From contig OX597823.1 of NCBI GenBank assembly GCA_951406725.2, positions 51,832,001 through 51,896,000 of the forward strand: a DNA stretch of 64,000 nucleotides, in the 5' to 3' direction. Below the pieces are notes generated by a model. That model was not told the origin of the DNA, searched no databases, and saw nothing but the letters and a program-made list of their open reading frames with translations. Position numbers and translations under genes: made by a program. The first letter of the stretch is position 1. Each line of letters starts with the position of its first letter. Shown piece after piece: positions 38,952-52,445 of this stretch. The stretch comes from Octopus vulgaris. Its lineage: Eukaryota.

Positions 38952-39176
38952 TTACTCTTTTACTCTTTTACTTGTTTCAGTCTTTTACTTGTTTCATGGA
39001 CTGCGGCCATGCTGGAGCACCGCCTTTAATCGAGCAACTCGACCCCGGGACTTATTCTTTTGTAAGCCCAGTACTTATTCTATCGGTCTCCTTTGCCAAA
39101 CCGCTAAGTAACGGGGACATAAACACACCAGCATCGGTTGTTAAGCAATGCTAGGAGGACAAACACAGACACACAA

Positions 39177-39207
<31 letters not shown>

Positions 39208-39380
39208 CATATATACAATGGGCTTCTTTCAGTTTCTGTCTACCAAATCCACTCACAAGGCTTTGGTCGGCCCGAGGCTACAGTAGAAGACCCTTGCCCA
39301 AGGTGCCATGCAGTGGGACTGAACCCGGAACCATGTGGTTGGTAAACAAGCTACTTACCACACAGCCACTCCTGCGCCTA
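38952..39380 (-). mobile_element. SINE family A, full length, young
   Basis: Near-identical to 6757-7178. Confidence 0.92.
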
Positions 39381-39399
39381 TTCTTAACTTTTTTTTAAG

Positions 39400-40350
39400 A
39401 ACTCCCACAACACATTTTCAAATGCATTTTTGTGTTAACAAAATACTTATATACAGGTATTGTTCCAGCTCTACACACTTCTTCTGGCACTGTCTTACCA
39501 TATTAGCAACGACCAGTTCACCAAGGAAACCACATTCACTTTCATGCAGATGATTGTTGGAGGTGAAATGGTTATTAATGTAATTTAGGAATATTCTCAC
39601 CAAGATTTTGCCATCATTCTACATGAGGAAAATGCTTCTAGCTTTTGTATAACTATCACCTTTGTTCTTGTATATAAAACTGAATAATTGTAACATACTT
39701 GAACTCCTGTGGAGTGTTGCCCACTGATCACACAAAAATAGTCAGCACAGTTAGTTTTTCAGTGTGCATTGCACCACCCTATGGGACATTCAGCAATAAT
39801 TAAGTCAGCACCTGGTGCCTTATTACAGTACAGCCACCTTATAACAGAATTGGTCTCAAAAGAGTTAGGAACTTCACTAAGAGCCAGATTGATGATAATC
39901 TGCCCCAGATTGTCAATAGATTTCTTGTTTATGCCTGATAATTTTTCTTTTCCAGAGTATTTTGAAAGGAAAGTTTTCAGCCCATAAGTCATTCATATAT
40001 TGCTTCTTTGCTTGTGATATGTATACTCCCATCTGCTGTAAGAATAGATAAAACACCCTCATAAGTTGGGACATAAAATCACACAGTCATTTTTCTTTTG
40101 TATTATTTGTGTTAACAAACATTTCTGTCTTCTTAACCCATTCTTGAAGCCAGTTATTTTTCATGATCCTTAATTTTTTTTCCTGGTGTACCCTTCTACA
40201 TGAGTACACAGCATGAGCTTTTGACAGTAAGTTTGAGTTACTTCTAACAACATTGATAAACTTATTCTTCATGTAAAGAAGGCCCTGGATTTCATTTTTA
40301 TTTTCATCAGACAAATCCTGGTACTGTCTACTTGGATGGTCAAGAATGTC
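39400..40350 (-). mobile_element. RTE-clade LINE ORF2 remnant (pre-RT and RT domains 0-3)
   Basis: Minus-strand pieces LRIMKNNW, NKAPGADLIIAE, PQEFK, YKNKGD, GKILVRIFLN...LHESECGF...RQCQKKC match the RTE KAPGxDGIPAE / LPESQCGFR / RQLQEKC motifs; multiple frameshifts. Confidence 0.8.
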
Positions 40351-40878
40351 AGCTGTAGAGGTTTAGGGATACTCTTTTAAAGTCATCCATTTCCCTATTA
40401 GGCTTTTCTTTATAACTCTTGCTCAGAATTCCTAATCTCACAATTACTCTTCTCTTATGACTTTCACTGTTATATGTTACAAATGTGATTATGTATAATA
40501 GTGGACTTCTTCTGCTCATGCTAGAGATGCTACAAGATTTAGCCAACCCCCTCCAATACAGCATTTCCCCCTCTCTCTTATTATTCTAGCTCTCTTACCT
40601 ATCTTGAGGCATATAGATAAGCAATCTTATCAGACCTGCATATACTCCACAAACTCAACTTTATACTTCTCACTGGGCATTTGGTAGTGATATTCATCCA
40701 TCACTCTCTCCATTTATCCATGTCATTATTCCCTGTCCTCTTTATTCCTGGGGCCACAATAAGTCATACTCAGTATATTCTGTTAAATTAAGTGTTAGGA
40801 GGACTCTTTAGTCTTGTCCAACACATGACAATCTTTCTGTCATGCTTGTACCATGACAAAATATACTCTGTACACTGT

Positions 40879-40932
<54 letters not shown>

Positions 40933-40935
<3 letters not shown>

Positions 40936-41326
40936 GAAGCGCAATGGCCCAGTGGTTAGGGCAGCGGACTCGCGGTCATAGGATCGCGGTTTCGATTCCC
41001 AGACCGGGCGTTGTGAGTGTTTATTGAGCGAAAACACCTAAAGCTCCACGAGGCTCCGGCAGGGGATGGTGGTGATCCCTGCTGTACTCTTTCACCACAA
41101 CTTTCTCTCACTCTTATTTCCTGTTTCTGTTGTACCTGTATTTCAAAGGGCCGGCCTTGTCACTCTCTGTGTCACGCTGAATCTCCATGAGAACTACATT
41201 AAGGGTACATGTGTCTGTGGAGTGCTCAGCCACTTACACGTTAATTTCACGAGCAGGCTGTTCCGTTGATTCGGATCAACCGGAACCCTCGTCGTCGTAA
41301 CCGACGGAGTGCTAAGAAGAAGAAGA
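40933..41326 (+). mobile_element. tRNA(Arg)-like SINE family D, full length, CpG-rich (young)
   Basis: A box tggcccagtggttagg, B box ggtttcgattccc, head resembles tRNA-Arg; ends gtcgtcgtaaccgacggagtgct(aag)n; may be an octopus OR-type SINE (unverified). Confidence 0.85.
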
Positions 41327-41348
41327 ATATATATATATATATATATAT

Positions 41349-41711
41349 AGGCACAGGAGTGGCTGTGTGGTAAGTAGCTTGCTAACCAACCACATGGTTC
41401 TGGGTTCAGCTATAGCCCCAGGCCGACCAATGCCTTGTGAGTGGATTTGGTAGACGGAAACTGAAAGAAGCCTGTCATATATATATATATATATATATGT
41501 GTGCGTTTGTGTGTATGTCTTTGTCCCCCTAGCATTGCTTGACAACCGATGCTGGTGTGTTTACGTCCCTGTCACTTAGCAGTTCAGCAAAAGAGACTGA
41601 TAAGTACTGGGCTTACAAAGAATAAGTCCCGGTGTCGATTTGCTCGACTAAAAGGCGGTGCTCCAGCATGGCCACAGTCAAATGACTGAAACAAGTAAAA
41701 GAGTAAAAGAA
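41349..41711 (+). mobile_element. SINE family A (deletion in head)
   Basis: Matches 28359-28743. Confidence 0.9.
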
Positions 41712-41785
41712 TATGTATGTATGTGTGTGTATATATATATACATACATACATACATACACACACACACATATGTATATATATATA

Positions 41786-42663
41786 TGAGATCTGATCAAT
41801 AAGAATCCGGACTGTTGCCATAGTAATGTAACTAAGATATGCAGCGTGAAGCCGCTTGGTACAGATTAATCTTGAATTCTGCTGTGCAAGCACACTAGGT
41901 CTTAACGTTCTAGTTCACTTCCATTGCTTTCAACAGTGCTTGGGAGGAAGATGTGCAGTGTGGGATTGTCGCATTGACCATGGCAGAGAAAGTTCTCATG
42001 GTGATACCCGCTGAGAGGCCTACACAAAGTGGCAGAAAGTGCATGTAGAGGAATGTATGAGCTGCACAAAAGTGTACAAGTGGTTCAGATATTTCCAAGA
42101 TGGCCAAAAAAATGTTGATATTGAAGAACGTTCTGGGAAACTTGCAGCCAGCAGAACTGAGAAAATCATCACAGATGTGCATGCAGCTATGAGGGGAATT
42201 CGTTGAATCACCATCTTTGAGTTATCAAAGGATGTGCAGATTAGTTACAGTTCAGTTGATTATCACTAAAAATTTGGGCATGAGACGCATGTCTGCCAAG
42301 TTTGTACCAAAACTGCTTTCAGCTGACCAAGAAGACACTTGGGTTTCAGTTGCACAAGATCTCATTGACTGAGTCAAGAATGATGAAAACTTTCTGAAAA
42401 CTTTGCACAGGCCTCTGAGCAGGTATTTCCAAACCTTTGGCAAAATTTGTGGAAGATTCTCTGCTCAACATTCTCTGTCATGGTCAATGTGATGATCACA
42501 TGCTACATATCTTCATTCCAAGCTCTGCTGTAAACAGCAGAAGTGAGTTAGAACATTAAAACTTAGTGCACGTGCACAGCAGAGTTCAAGATCAATCTCT
42601 GTACTAAGTGGCTTTACTCTGTGTACTATAGCAACAGTCCGGATACTTATTGATCAGACCATG
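41786..42663 (+). mobile_element. Non-autonomous mariner with ~200-bp TIRs and N-terminal transposase remnant
   Basis: TA-flanked tgagatctgatcaataagaatccggactgttgc / gcaacagtccggatacttattgatcagaccatg; + strand reads VYKWFRYFQDG...EERSG...LGMRRMSAKFVPKLLS...NDENFL with stops. Confidence 0.9.
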
Positions 42664-42764
42664 TATATATATATATATATACCCACACACACATACATAC
42701 ACACCCATATGTGCATCTACACAACTATATGAATATAATTCTTTCTCTGTGTGTGTGTGTATGC

Positions 42765-42799
<35 letters not shown>

Positions 42800-43359
42800 G
42801 CATGCATATGTATGTATGGACATATATATATATCATCACCATTTAAGCAGATGTTAAATGATGATGATGATATATGTATATATTATACACACACACACAC
42901 ACACACACATACATACATACATACATACATACACACATACAAGTTGATATAAAATTCATTAACATTGTAATGCATCATCATATATTCATATGTATATATG
43001 TATATTTATTGATAAATCCCACTTCCTTGCACATGCATTTGAACAGAGATGTGGTATACATTAATATACACCAAATCTGTGTAAATACATGTGACCGTTC
43101 CTGAGACATCGAAGGCGGTGAAACAGTTGCTTTTAGTCTTTATTAGAAAATTTATAGATAGAAATTTTTAAATCTTGTTTTGATTTATACTCTGTAGACT
43201 TATTTAATACAACCTGCACTTGACAGCTTATTTTATCAGATTCAAGCAGGTGGAAGGATCTTGTATCTCTTACAACAGTGTTCTGTAACCAAAGACCCAA
43301 GTGTCTATAGGTTATGTCTAAGGCGTGTATGTGAAATGAAAATTTATGATCACTGAAAG

Positions 43360-43462
43360 AAAGCGAGAGAGAGTGAGGTAAACGGAGAGAGAGAGAGAGA
43401 TGAATGGAAAGAAGCAGAGAGTAAAAGTCAAACATAGACAGACATATATATATAGGAGGGCT

Positions 43463-43494
<32 letters not shown>

Positions 43495-43870
43495 CGAAAA
43501 GAGACAGAGAATGTGAGCAGTGCAACCACAGAATAAGTGTAAAGAGAGGGAGAGCACAAATACAGAGTAAGTATAGAAAGAAAGAGAAACACAGAGATAG
43601 AGAGAGAGGGGGGCAATCTTAAACTGGCAAAGAGAGATAAAGTAAGATAAACAAAGAAATGGAGGATGAAAGTGAGGACAGGCTAACAGTGATATAGAAA
43701 GCGAGATGAAGATATATAGAGAAACAAAGGAAGAGTGAGGGAGAGGGGAGAGAGAGAGCAACAGAGATAGAGACCAAAGAGAGAGAGAGACACACACACG
43801 CATACACACACAGAACAGAAAGAGAGAAAGACAGAAAGAGAGAGGAAGAGAGAGAGAGAAAGATAATGGG
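43360..43870. repeat. Polypurine (GA)n-rich tract
   Basis: Direct inspection. Confidence 0.8.
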
Positions 43871-44195
43871 AGATCCTAAAAGAAAATATTTTGCATACAT
43901 AACACATAAAACATTGTTCTTACAATGAAGAGCAGTCACCTAATAGGAAATATGGTAAGCTGTGTTGTAGTATTAAAAACGTTGAGGAACTAACTGTTCC
44001 TTGGTCTCAGAAAGCCAAGTTCTCAAATCCAGAAACTTTACAGCCTCAACATATTACCTTGTTGCTACATTAAGAACGAAGAACTTTCTAAAATAAATTG
44101 ACACCGAATATTTGTGGACATTTTGCCATGTATGAGAACGTTTCAACCATCATCTAGTGATCCATGAATTCCCTTTTTATCTGATACACCTAAAT

Positions 44196-44390
44196 CACTG
44201 TGTCTTAACCTAGGTCTATATGATCCCTGGGGGTCCATATAAGAATTTTTTAGGGCGAGGTCCACACAAGCATAATAGTAGATTGGGGATTCACAATAGT
44301 ATTATAAGGGTCCATGAAAAAATTGCATTAAATAGATTTCTTTCTCTAAAGTTTTATATTGTTTAGCATGTTTATGGTTACTGAAGCATG
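44196..44390 (+). mobile_element. hAT-like MITE fragment
   Basis: cactgtgtcttaacct start resembling CAGTGGTTCTTAACCT; repeated gggtcca motifs. Confidence 0.35.
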
Positions 44391-44409
44391 TTCCCTCAGA
44401 GAGTGCTAG

Positions 44410-44665
44410 TGTGGAGGTATGTGGTTTGGTGGTGAGGGTATTAGACTCATGATTGTAAGATTGTGGTTTTGATTCCTGGACCAGGCAACATGTTGTGTTC
44501 TTGAGCAAAATACTTCATTTCACATTACTCCAATCCACTCAGCTGGCAAAAATGAGTAATACTGTAATGTACTGGTGTCCCATCCAGGTGAGGGAATATA
44601 TACACCATGGAACCAGGGAATCAGCCTTTATGAGTCAGCATGACTCAAGAAAGTAAACTTTACGT
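44410..44665 (+). mobile_element. tRNA-derived SINE family D
   Basis: gtggaggtatgtggtttggtggtgaggg...ggttttgattcctgga...ccactcagctggcaaaaatgagtaa...tatgagtcagcatgactcaagaaagtaaac. Confidence 0.85.
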
Positions 44666-45149
44666 TTTTCTCGAGAGTGCTTGTGCAAACCCAAATGAGA
44701 GAGTGAGTGAGTGAAAAAGATAAATGTAGGAATTTTGAAAGAAGTATTTATAAAACTAGTTTTAAAACATTGAATGGCTCTGAGGGCCTACCAGAATAAA
44801 ATAATAATTAAAGAGGCCCATAGGTAACATATGATGTAAACCACTGATCTATGCCAAGCATCTAAAACAACACCAGAAATTCTCTTTCTCTGTTTCATGC
44901 AAAATTGTCACCATCAAGTTGAATACATTGAAAAGCAGGTCTAGAGAGTTTATAGAGTTATAAAGGCAGATGTGGGAGAGTTGAGGATTGCTGTGTAAAA
45001 AGAGGCAAATTAAAAGAAAGGCATCGTCTTGACACTTCGCTAACAAGAAACATTGACAGAAATTCTTCTGGACAGGTAGCAGTGCTGGATTTGTCATTGG
45101 CAAAGGAATGGAGAAGATAAGTATTTAGGGTACTTAGAATATATGTATA

Positions 45150-45310
45150 AGCACAGACAAGGGTTCCCAAGAGGTTGCTTCTCTACCTCATGGTTCTGAG
45201 TTCAGTTTCACAGCATGCCACCTTGAGCAAATGTCTTCTGCTATAGCTCCTGGCCAACCAAATCCATGTGAGTAGATCTGGTTGATGGAAACTGTAAGAT
45301 GCCTGTCATA
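45150..45310 (+). mobile_element. SINE family A head
   Basis: catggttctgagttcag...caccttgagcaaatgtcttctgctatagc...ggaaactgtaagatgcctgtc. Confidence 0.7.
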
Positions 45311-45578
45311 TATGAATGTATATATGTATGTAATGTAATGTATGTATGTATGTATGTATGTATGTATGTATGTATGTATGTATGTATGTATGTATGTATG
45401 CATGTACATATGCATGTATGCATTTACATATGCTTGTATATATGTATGTACGTACATACATATGTGTGTACATGTGTACGTATGTATGTATGTATGTATG
45501 TATACATGTATTGAAATTAAATTATTTGTAAAAATCTTTAGAAAACAGCAGTTTAACACAGACTAAATGAAAATTTTT

Positions 45579-45620
45579 CACCTGAGTACTTTCTGCTGAT
45601 TTTGGCTTTTCAGACACGTG
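45579..45620 (-). ncRNA. Decayed minimal hammerhead motif in the Penelope 3' pLTR
   Basis: Minus strand: cacgtgt CTGAAAA gccaaaatcagca GAAA gtac TC aggtg; AGTACT palindrome; about 60 bp past the end of the GIY-YIG remnant. Confidence 0.55.
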
Positions 45621-45674
45621 TTATAAGACAACCTGTGTAGAAATATTTCTTTTTTGTAAAGTATTCACTATTTC

Positions 45675-46100
45675 AAGTTTAGTTTAGATTTAGAATTCTG
45701 ATAAAATACACTTCTTTCCATTTTCAGAGTATAAATATTTTGAATTTTCCATTCACACAGATGTCTAGATGTCTAGATGGAACATTTCCAGATAGGATGG
45801 TTTGTTGATTTGTTGTTTATACACCCTAACCCGGTCCATTCATTTGTTCCTGTTTGGTTGATATAGATCATATTGCATTGTGGACATGTGATGCTGTGAG
45901 TGAAACTTTTTGTTTTGCAATTCATATTTACATCAACATTAAATTCCTTCTCATTCTTGAATTTTTTAGTTTTATCCTGTTCAAGCAATTCATATCTCTT
46001 ACAACGTTGATCTTATTTCGTTACTTGCATAATTTTCTTTATCCAAATTAAATTTAACCTTTGTTAAGAATCTTTTGAAATTTGGCAATTGTCTTTGGAT
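45675..46100 (-). pseudogene. Penelope-like element linker plus GIY-YIG endonuclease remnant
   Basis: RQLPNFKRFLTKVKF...DQRC...FNVDVNMNCKTKSFTHSITCPQCNMIYINQTG...HLDIC...FKIF...KEVYFI, matching the PLE CxxxNxIYxIxCxxCxxxYIGQT ... E-x-x-F-I pattern. Confidence 0.82.
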
Positions 46101-46611
46101 GCAAATAATTTGCATGTGTATGTATGTGTGTGTGTGTGTGTGTGTTACATCTAAGCATGTTTGCATGTGTGCAACTTGCAGTTTCTATGGACCAGTTCTA
46201 TTCCTAATGCATTGGCGAGCCTGTGGTTAAAGAAGAAGCCAAGTGTCACAGTTTCATATTGGTGAAACAAATTCAGAACTACATAGTTGCAAAGTGTAAT
46301 TCTGAACCACATGGCTATGCCAGCTAATACACACACACAGAGTCAAGGTCCACAACAAAATTGATATTTATTTTAATATAAATATTTGCATTTCCCTATG
46401 TATTTTGCGTGTATATTCTTTCATGTATATTAAATTATTATTAGGGGCTTTGTATCATGCATCAGTTTATGTAACTATAACAAAGATATATTGAGGGTTA
46501 TGGTTTTTCCTTGTGAAAATAAAGGTGTTACATATGCACAAACACATATACATTCATAGATACATTTACATCTTAAATACATTTATCTGTATATCCATAT
46601 GTACGTGTATG

Positions 46612-46614
<3 letters not shown>

Positions 46615-46688
<74 letters not shown>

Positions 46689-46771
46689 GTATATATATAT
46701 GTATATGTATGTATATATATATGTATATATATGTATATATATATGTATATGTATATGTGTATATATATATG

Positions 46772-46853
<82 letters not shown>

Positions 46854-46885
46854 TATATGTATGTATATGTGTGTGTGTGTTTATG
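46615..46885. repeat. (TA)n/(TATG)n microsatellite
   Basis: Direct inspection. Confidence 0.95.
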
Positions 46886-49034
46886 CAATATAATATATTT
46901 ATACTATATCTTTACATACATTTATACATAAATACCATCATCATACATGTGTATGTAATATATACATATGTATATGTAAAATATATGTATCATATATCTG
47001 CATGTGTGTGTGTGTATGTGTATCTATGTATATATGTGTGTGTGTGTATGCACATACAGGAATGTGTGTGCATGTGTGTGTGTGAATGTGTGTGATGTAC
47101 ATGGATGTTTGTGTGTTCCACAGATTTATTGATGCACGCTGCAAAACCATAATAATAATCTAATATACATGAAAGAATATACATGCAAAATACATTGGAA
47201 AATGCAAATATTAATAATAAATAAATATCAATATTGCCTTGGACAATGGGTGTACATACAGACATATAAGCCAGAGTATGCAATTTTAAAAAAATATAAC
47301 CCTATAACTGAAGGCTGGTACATGTGGCATTTATGTTCCCTCTTTCCAGGAGTGTCACATAAAAATGAAAGATTTATATTGAATTTGGACATACTGTTTG
47401 CATTCATTTATATATATATATATATACATACATCTTAGGCATGCATTGCCTTCATTGCTTTCATACTGGAAATGCCACAGGGATATATAATTTAATACCA
47501 TAAGGCAGTGTCTTTACTAATATTATTTTATGCCCTCCCACTTTCAAATTGCAGAAATAGAAATAAAATTGTTTTATACTCGATTGCAATGAGATAGTAT
47601 TTTTCTAATATGAAATTTGCAACAATAGAATGTTTCTAGCCGGCGGTATAATGTTATTTCAATTAGTGACCTGGCCATTTACCAAAACCATTTACAATGC
47701 ATAATTATTCAACTGAACAAGCAAAAAAGTAAAAAGCATTAATCCTGAAATTATGTCAAGCTGATGGAGTTCTATCTTGCAAGCTGTTCACTTGTGAAAT
47801 AGCCAACTCCATTCTGTGGGAGAGAGGGGAGGAAAAAAACTTTGTCAAACTGCCCACTGTATTATTGGCAATCTACCATACCGGTCACTCAAGTACAGTT
47901 CTAGCGTATTAAATTAAATAATTGAATGGATATTATAGCGATCTGAAACCTTTGATTTGGGATATTAAATGTTGAATATAAACCTTTTGTTTGTTAAGCT
48001 GAAATCTCTGAAGCTCTTAAAATACTGAAATGGTCTTATGTGAAGCACATGTTTATGAATGCTTAGCTGATTACTGGTTAGACATTTTATTGAATAGTGG
48101 AGCAAAAGCTTTTGTTTCCTTGGTACAAAACTAACTGCAATGTCAACAGAAAATGTATTAGCAGGGAACTGGAAATAATATTAAAAAAGGGAACTAAGAT
48201 AGGCTGTGTTAGCAACAAAATAAGTACTGGGGTTGAGTTAGCAACTAAATCTTCAATAATTGTGCTCCAGTATGGCCACATATAATGACCGAAAGAAGTA
48301 AAAGCAATTGTCCTATCCATGATGCCTATTTACATTTCTTTCCACAAAGCCAGCAAGAATTATATCAACCTGTTAACAGATAGTTAGTTGGCCAACTTAC
48401 TTTGCTAGCCAGCTGAAACTCTTTTTAGTAAAAAAGAATTTCATTAAGGAATAGATCAAACTATTCCCCACTTAGTAAGAAACCTCAATATTTATGTGTT
48501 CTAAACCATTTAGTTAGAGTAATAATGCTCCTTAATTTGCTCATGTAGTAAAAATGGAAAAAAAAAAAATCACTTCTTTATCAATATTTTGTTTTAAGTG
48601 TGGACAATGTCTGCTCTGTTAAGGGAGGAAGTATAGTTGATTGAATCAATCAGTTAGTTACTCTTATTTCATTGAATTCCCTCCAGTAGGATGAAAATTG
48701 AAATAAACCTGAATGAAGCAGAACTGCCTAAATATACAGCACCAATCATTATCAGTCTCCTACTCCACTTTTTGATCCATTTCATTGTAATTTATTGTTT
48801 ATTAACAATGGTAGATAAAAGACTGAATTTTGAAAGAAAACAATATAGTTAATTGAAACACCTACAACAGATTATTGGTACTTATTTTCATTGACACCAG
48901 AAACATAAAAGACAAAAAAGGAGTTCCAATAAAATTTGAAGTTGGAACTGAGAATACATTTTTCTACTACTTTGAACATGTATAATCCTTATTCGATAAT
49001 TAATGGTAATCTCTCAGACATAGAAAAATGGTTC

Positions 49035-49272
49035 TGCAACTTCTTGTTCAACAACCTGCACAGATGATTTTGTTAATAGCAATCAAATATTTGTGCTACA
49101 CACATAAGCTCACTCCCTTCATCAAACTGACGATGCCTGTACAGGTGTACAGTGTGCCACACATCAGATGTTGAAGTGATTGTAGCATGATGTGAAGTGA
49201 AGTGTCTTGCTCAAGAATATAGTGCAATGACCGGTCAAGAAATCAGACCCATGATCTTGTAATCCTGAATGC
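49035..49272 (-). mobile_element. SINE family D variant, diverged
   Basis: gtgaagtgaagtgtcttgctcaagaa...catgatcttgtaatc. Confidence 0.55.
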
Positions 49273-50094
49273 TTTCCTATATACCCTTTTAACCCATTTT
49301 AACACAGGTTAACATTGTCGAAATTTTGAAGATAGTTATATAAATAGGGATAACAAACATACGGAAGCATCCAGTTAACCTTTATTGAAGTAAATAAACC
49401 AAATACAACTGTCATCAAACGAGGACAGTGGATTAATTTTGGTTAATATGACCCACTAAATGATAAAGGGATGGTGGTTATAGGGAACAGTAAAAAAATA
49501 ATAGTGTGTTGATTTAAATGCTTTCCTGTATTTATTTGTACCTCTTTTCACTTTAAATCCAGACTTTATTGAAGATCATTTTTATCCTTTCAACCATCTG
49601 AGGTCAATAAAACAAGTAATTGTAATAAAACTAGAAGCTTTTCAGTTACCTTTAACTCTCCCATCTCCCGAAAACAAGTTGTTAGATTATAGAAGAAAAT
49701 TGTGATTACAGAATTTGAAAAAATGAGATTTTCTCAGTGTAACAAATTGTTCAAAACTGCAAATTATATATCAAATTCATTCCTACAGTTTTGGTTCAAA
49801 TCATAATTAACTGAAGTTTAAACTGTTATTCCCTATTTTCAGATCTATAAGTAAATATATGAGAGTGGCATAAACTCTTGTATCCAGCTCAGGTTAGTTA
49901 GATAACACCCAGTCTGTGATATACAGGAACTTTTATTCTTGTTTGAAATCTGGTTTTAAAACATGAGAAGTAAAATGTTGAAATCAAAATACTAATTTGT
50001 TCTTAAGCTTTGAAAAGTTTTCTAATTATGTCTGTAATTAGTATTTTTGTTTTGTTTTTTGTTTGAGTATTTGTATTGAATTTATATTTTTATC

Positions 50095-50296
50095 TTTAGC
50101 TTGTTTCAGTCATTGGACTGTAACCATGATAGGGCACCACCATGAAGGGTTCAGTCAAACACATTGATCCCAGCACTTATACTTTATGTCTGGTACTTAT
50201 TCTATCAGTCTCTTTTGCTGAAATGCTAAGTTACAGGGGTGTAAACAAACCAACATCAGTTGTCAAATGGTGGTAGGAACTAACACAAACACAAAG

Positions 50297-50332
<36 letters not shown>

Positions 50333-50497
50333 CTATATGTGTATACCATGGGTTTCCACACAGTTTTCATCTGCTAAATTCCCTCATAAGGCATTGTTTG
50401 GCCAGTGATATAGAAGACACGTACCTAAGGTGCTGTGCAGGGAGACTGACATGAAAACTTCTTGCTTGCAAACACTGCTTCTTAACCACACAGCCAT
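50095..50497 (-). mobile_element. SINE family A, older copy
   Basis: cttgtttcagtcattggactg...cttattctatcagtctcttttgctgaa...(CA)n...ttaaccacacagcca. Confidence 0.82.
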
Positions 50498-50675
50498 ATC
50501 TTACAGTTATCAATAAATTTGTTGTTTTGTTACCAGAAAAATATATCAGAAACAGCTATTTTTTATAAATAAACATTAGCAAGGAAGGCGCTCTCATTGG
50601 TCTAATCCAGTTGTATATCAAAGAAAATCTATGTATTTCTTTGTTGAAGGTCTAATTATTGAACTGGTATCATAT

Positions 50676-51003
50676 AAGGTGGTGAGCTGGCTGAAGGGTC
50701 GATAAAATAAGTATAAGTTGAGCACTGGGGTCAAAGTAATCAACTTAGACTTACCTGCTCCACTGAAATTGCTGGCCTTGATCTAAAATTTGAAATCAAT
50801 CTTATTGACAGCCTGTAAGGCACACCAGGCAAATTGCTTAGCAGCATTTCATCCAGTTTTACATTCTGAGTTCAAATTCCACCAAAGTTGATTTGCCTTT
50901 CCTTCCTTCCAGGATCGATAAAATAAGTACCAGTTGAGCACTGGGGTCGATGTAATCAATTTTAGCCCCACCTCTGAAATTATTGGTCTTATGCCAAAAT
51001 TTG
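50676..51003 (+). mobile_element. Two SINE family B pieces (first internally deleted)
   Basis: aaggtggtgagctggctgaa joined to gggtcgataaaataag; second body at about 50815-51003. Confidence 0.75.
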
Positions 51004-52445
51004 GGTAAGACATGAGCAAAAACAATGCAGAGGAAAAGCAAACAAAAGCAATGACCAAGAGTACAAAGTTAGCACAATAATACTGTGCAGGAAAGAGAGA
51101 GCTGTCAACTTTCAGACAATTAGCCATTGTCAAAATAGATGGAAGAAGGGAAAGAAAACATTGGAAAGAGGAAAACATAAAAATAATGTTGCGTCAGAGA
51201 TACAGCATGGCAGACAGAGTAAAGAAGGTGTTTATCAACAGAAAAGACATTTAAGATTAAATAAATGTGACAAGTGTGAAACACGTTCATGTATGTGTGA
51301 GTTAATAGGGAGATAAGCATAGTCATAAATGAATGTGTGTGTGTGTGTATATGTTTTTGTGTGGTTATGTGTGTACTAGTGGAGAATAAATATATGGTGG
51401 TGTGCAAAGGTGTGATGTTAAGTAAGTTGTGTAAGCAAGGTGTCATAGTGTGTGGTGTGGTTGGTGAAGTGTGTGTGAGATTGTATATATAGAATGTAGG
51501 TTGTAATATACATACATTCATATATATATATAGGAGGTGGGTGGTGTGGCCTCAGCTACTCTTTAACCCTTTGATACACTTCTCCAGTTGTTTCTCCATC
51601 CTTCCTAACCAAATCCAGTTATTTTTCTTCTTTGGCACTAAGTCCCTCTATACCATCATTCCACATGCTAATAGTTGCCAGCCCATTCAAACGCTGGTAC
51701 CCCCCAGTCTCCTCCACTTAATAAATCTATCTTCAAATGCAAATACTTTTCCTTTTGCAGAGAATTTTACCAGATGATCACTGATGTGGCCATTGACACT
51801 AGAATGGGCCACAACAATGCCAACCTGTTTATTGATGACTTCAGAATTCACATCTGTCTTCCACACCTCTCTCAGCCCTTTAGAAATCTCCATTTTCCTA
51901 ATTGTCTTATTTCCCCACTTCCAGCTTTTGCAAATCTACCAACTTTTACTCTAACATTGATTTCTCTATACTACACTCACACTAAATCTACTATCACCCT
52001 ATTCACAATTCTACCATTGCTACTGCAGCTGAGAATCTGATTTTGAGGTTTAAACATGCCAAATGGTCAATTTTATCCTACAGCACGGTTATCCCAAACA
52101 CATATATATAGACATACTTTCCTGCATTTTCCCATGCTTGTCACACTTTTTTTTCTTTTCACACATGAACTCTTCCCTGCTGAGAAGGACTACTTTTATT
52201 CAATTCGTATCATGGATTTAATAAAATATGGCTCCATATTTTTAACTACTAATTTTTTTTGTTCCCTTCCTCCTTCTTCCAACTTGACAAAGAACAAATG
52301 CCTGATACATTAGTTTCTCTAATTTTCTCACAAAACATAGTCCACTCATTCAAGACTAACCTGGATCAAAAATATAACAACATTTCTTAGAAAATTACTA
52401 TTTTAAAATCTCATAATGAGAGATATTCAGCAACAGTACTTTGGA

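Noticed and set aside
40933-41010. Possible tRNA-Arg gene
   Set aside because: No clean acceptor stem or anticodon arm; it continues into a SINE body with other copies
51540-52100. Possible LINE APE endonuclease remnant (minus-strand ISDHL)
   Set aside because: One short motif with no other APE motifs recognisable
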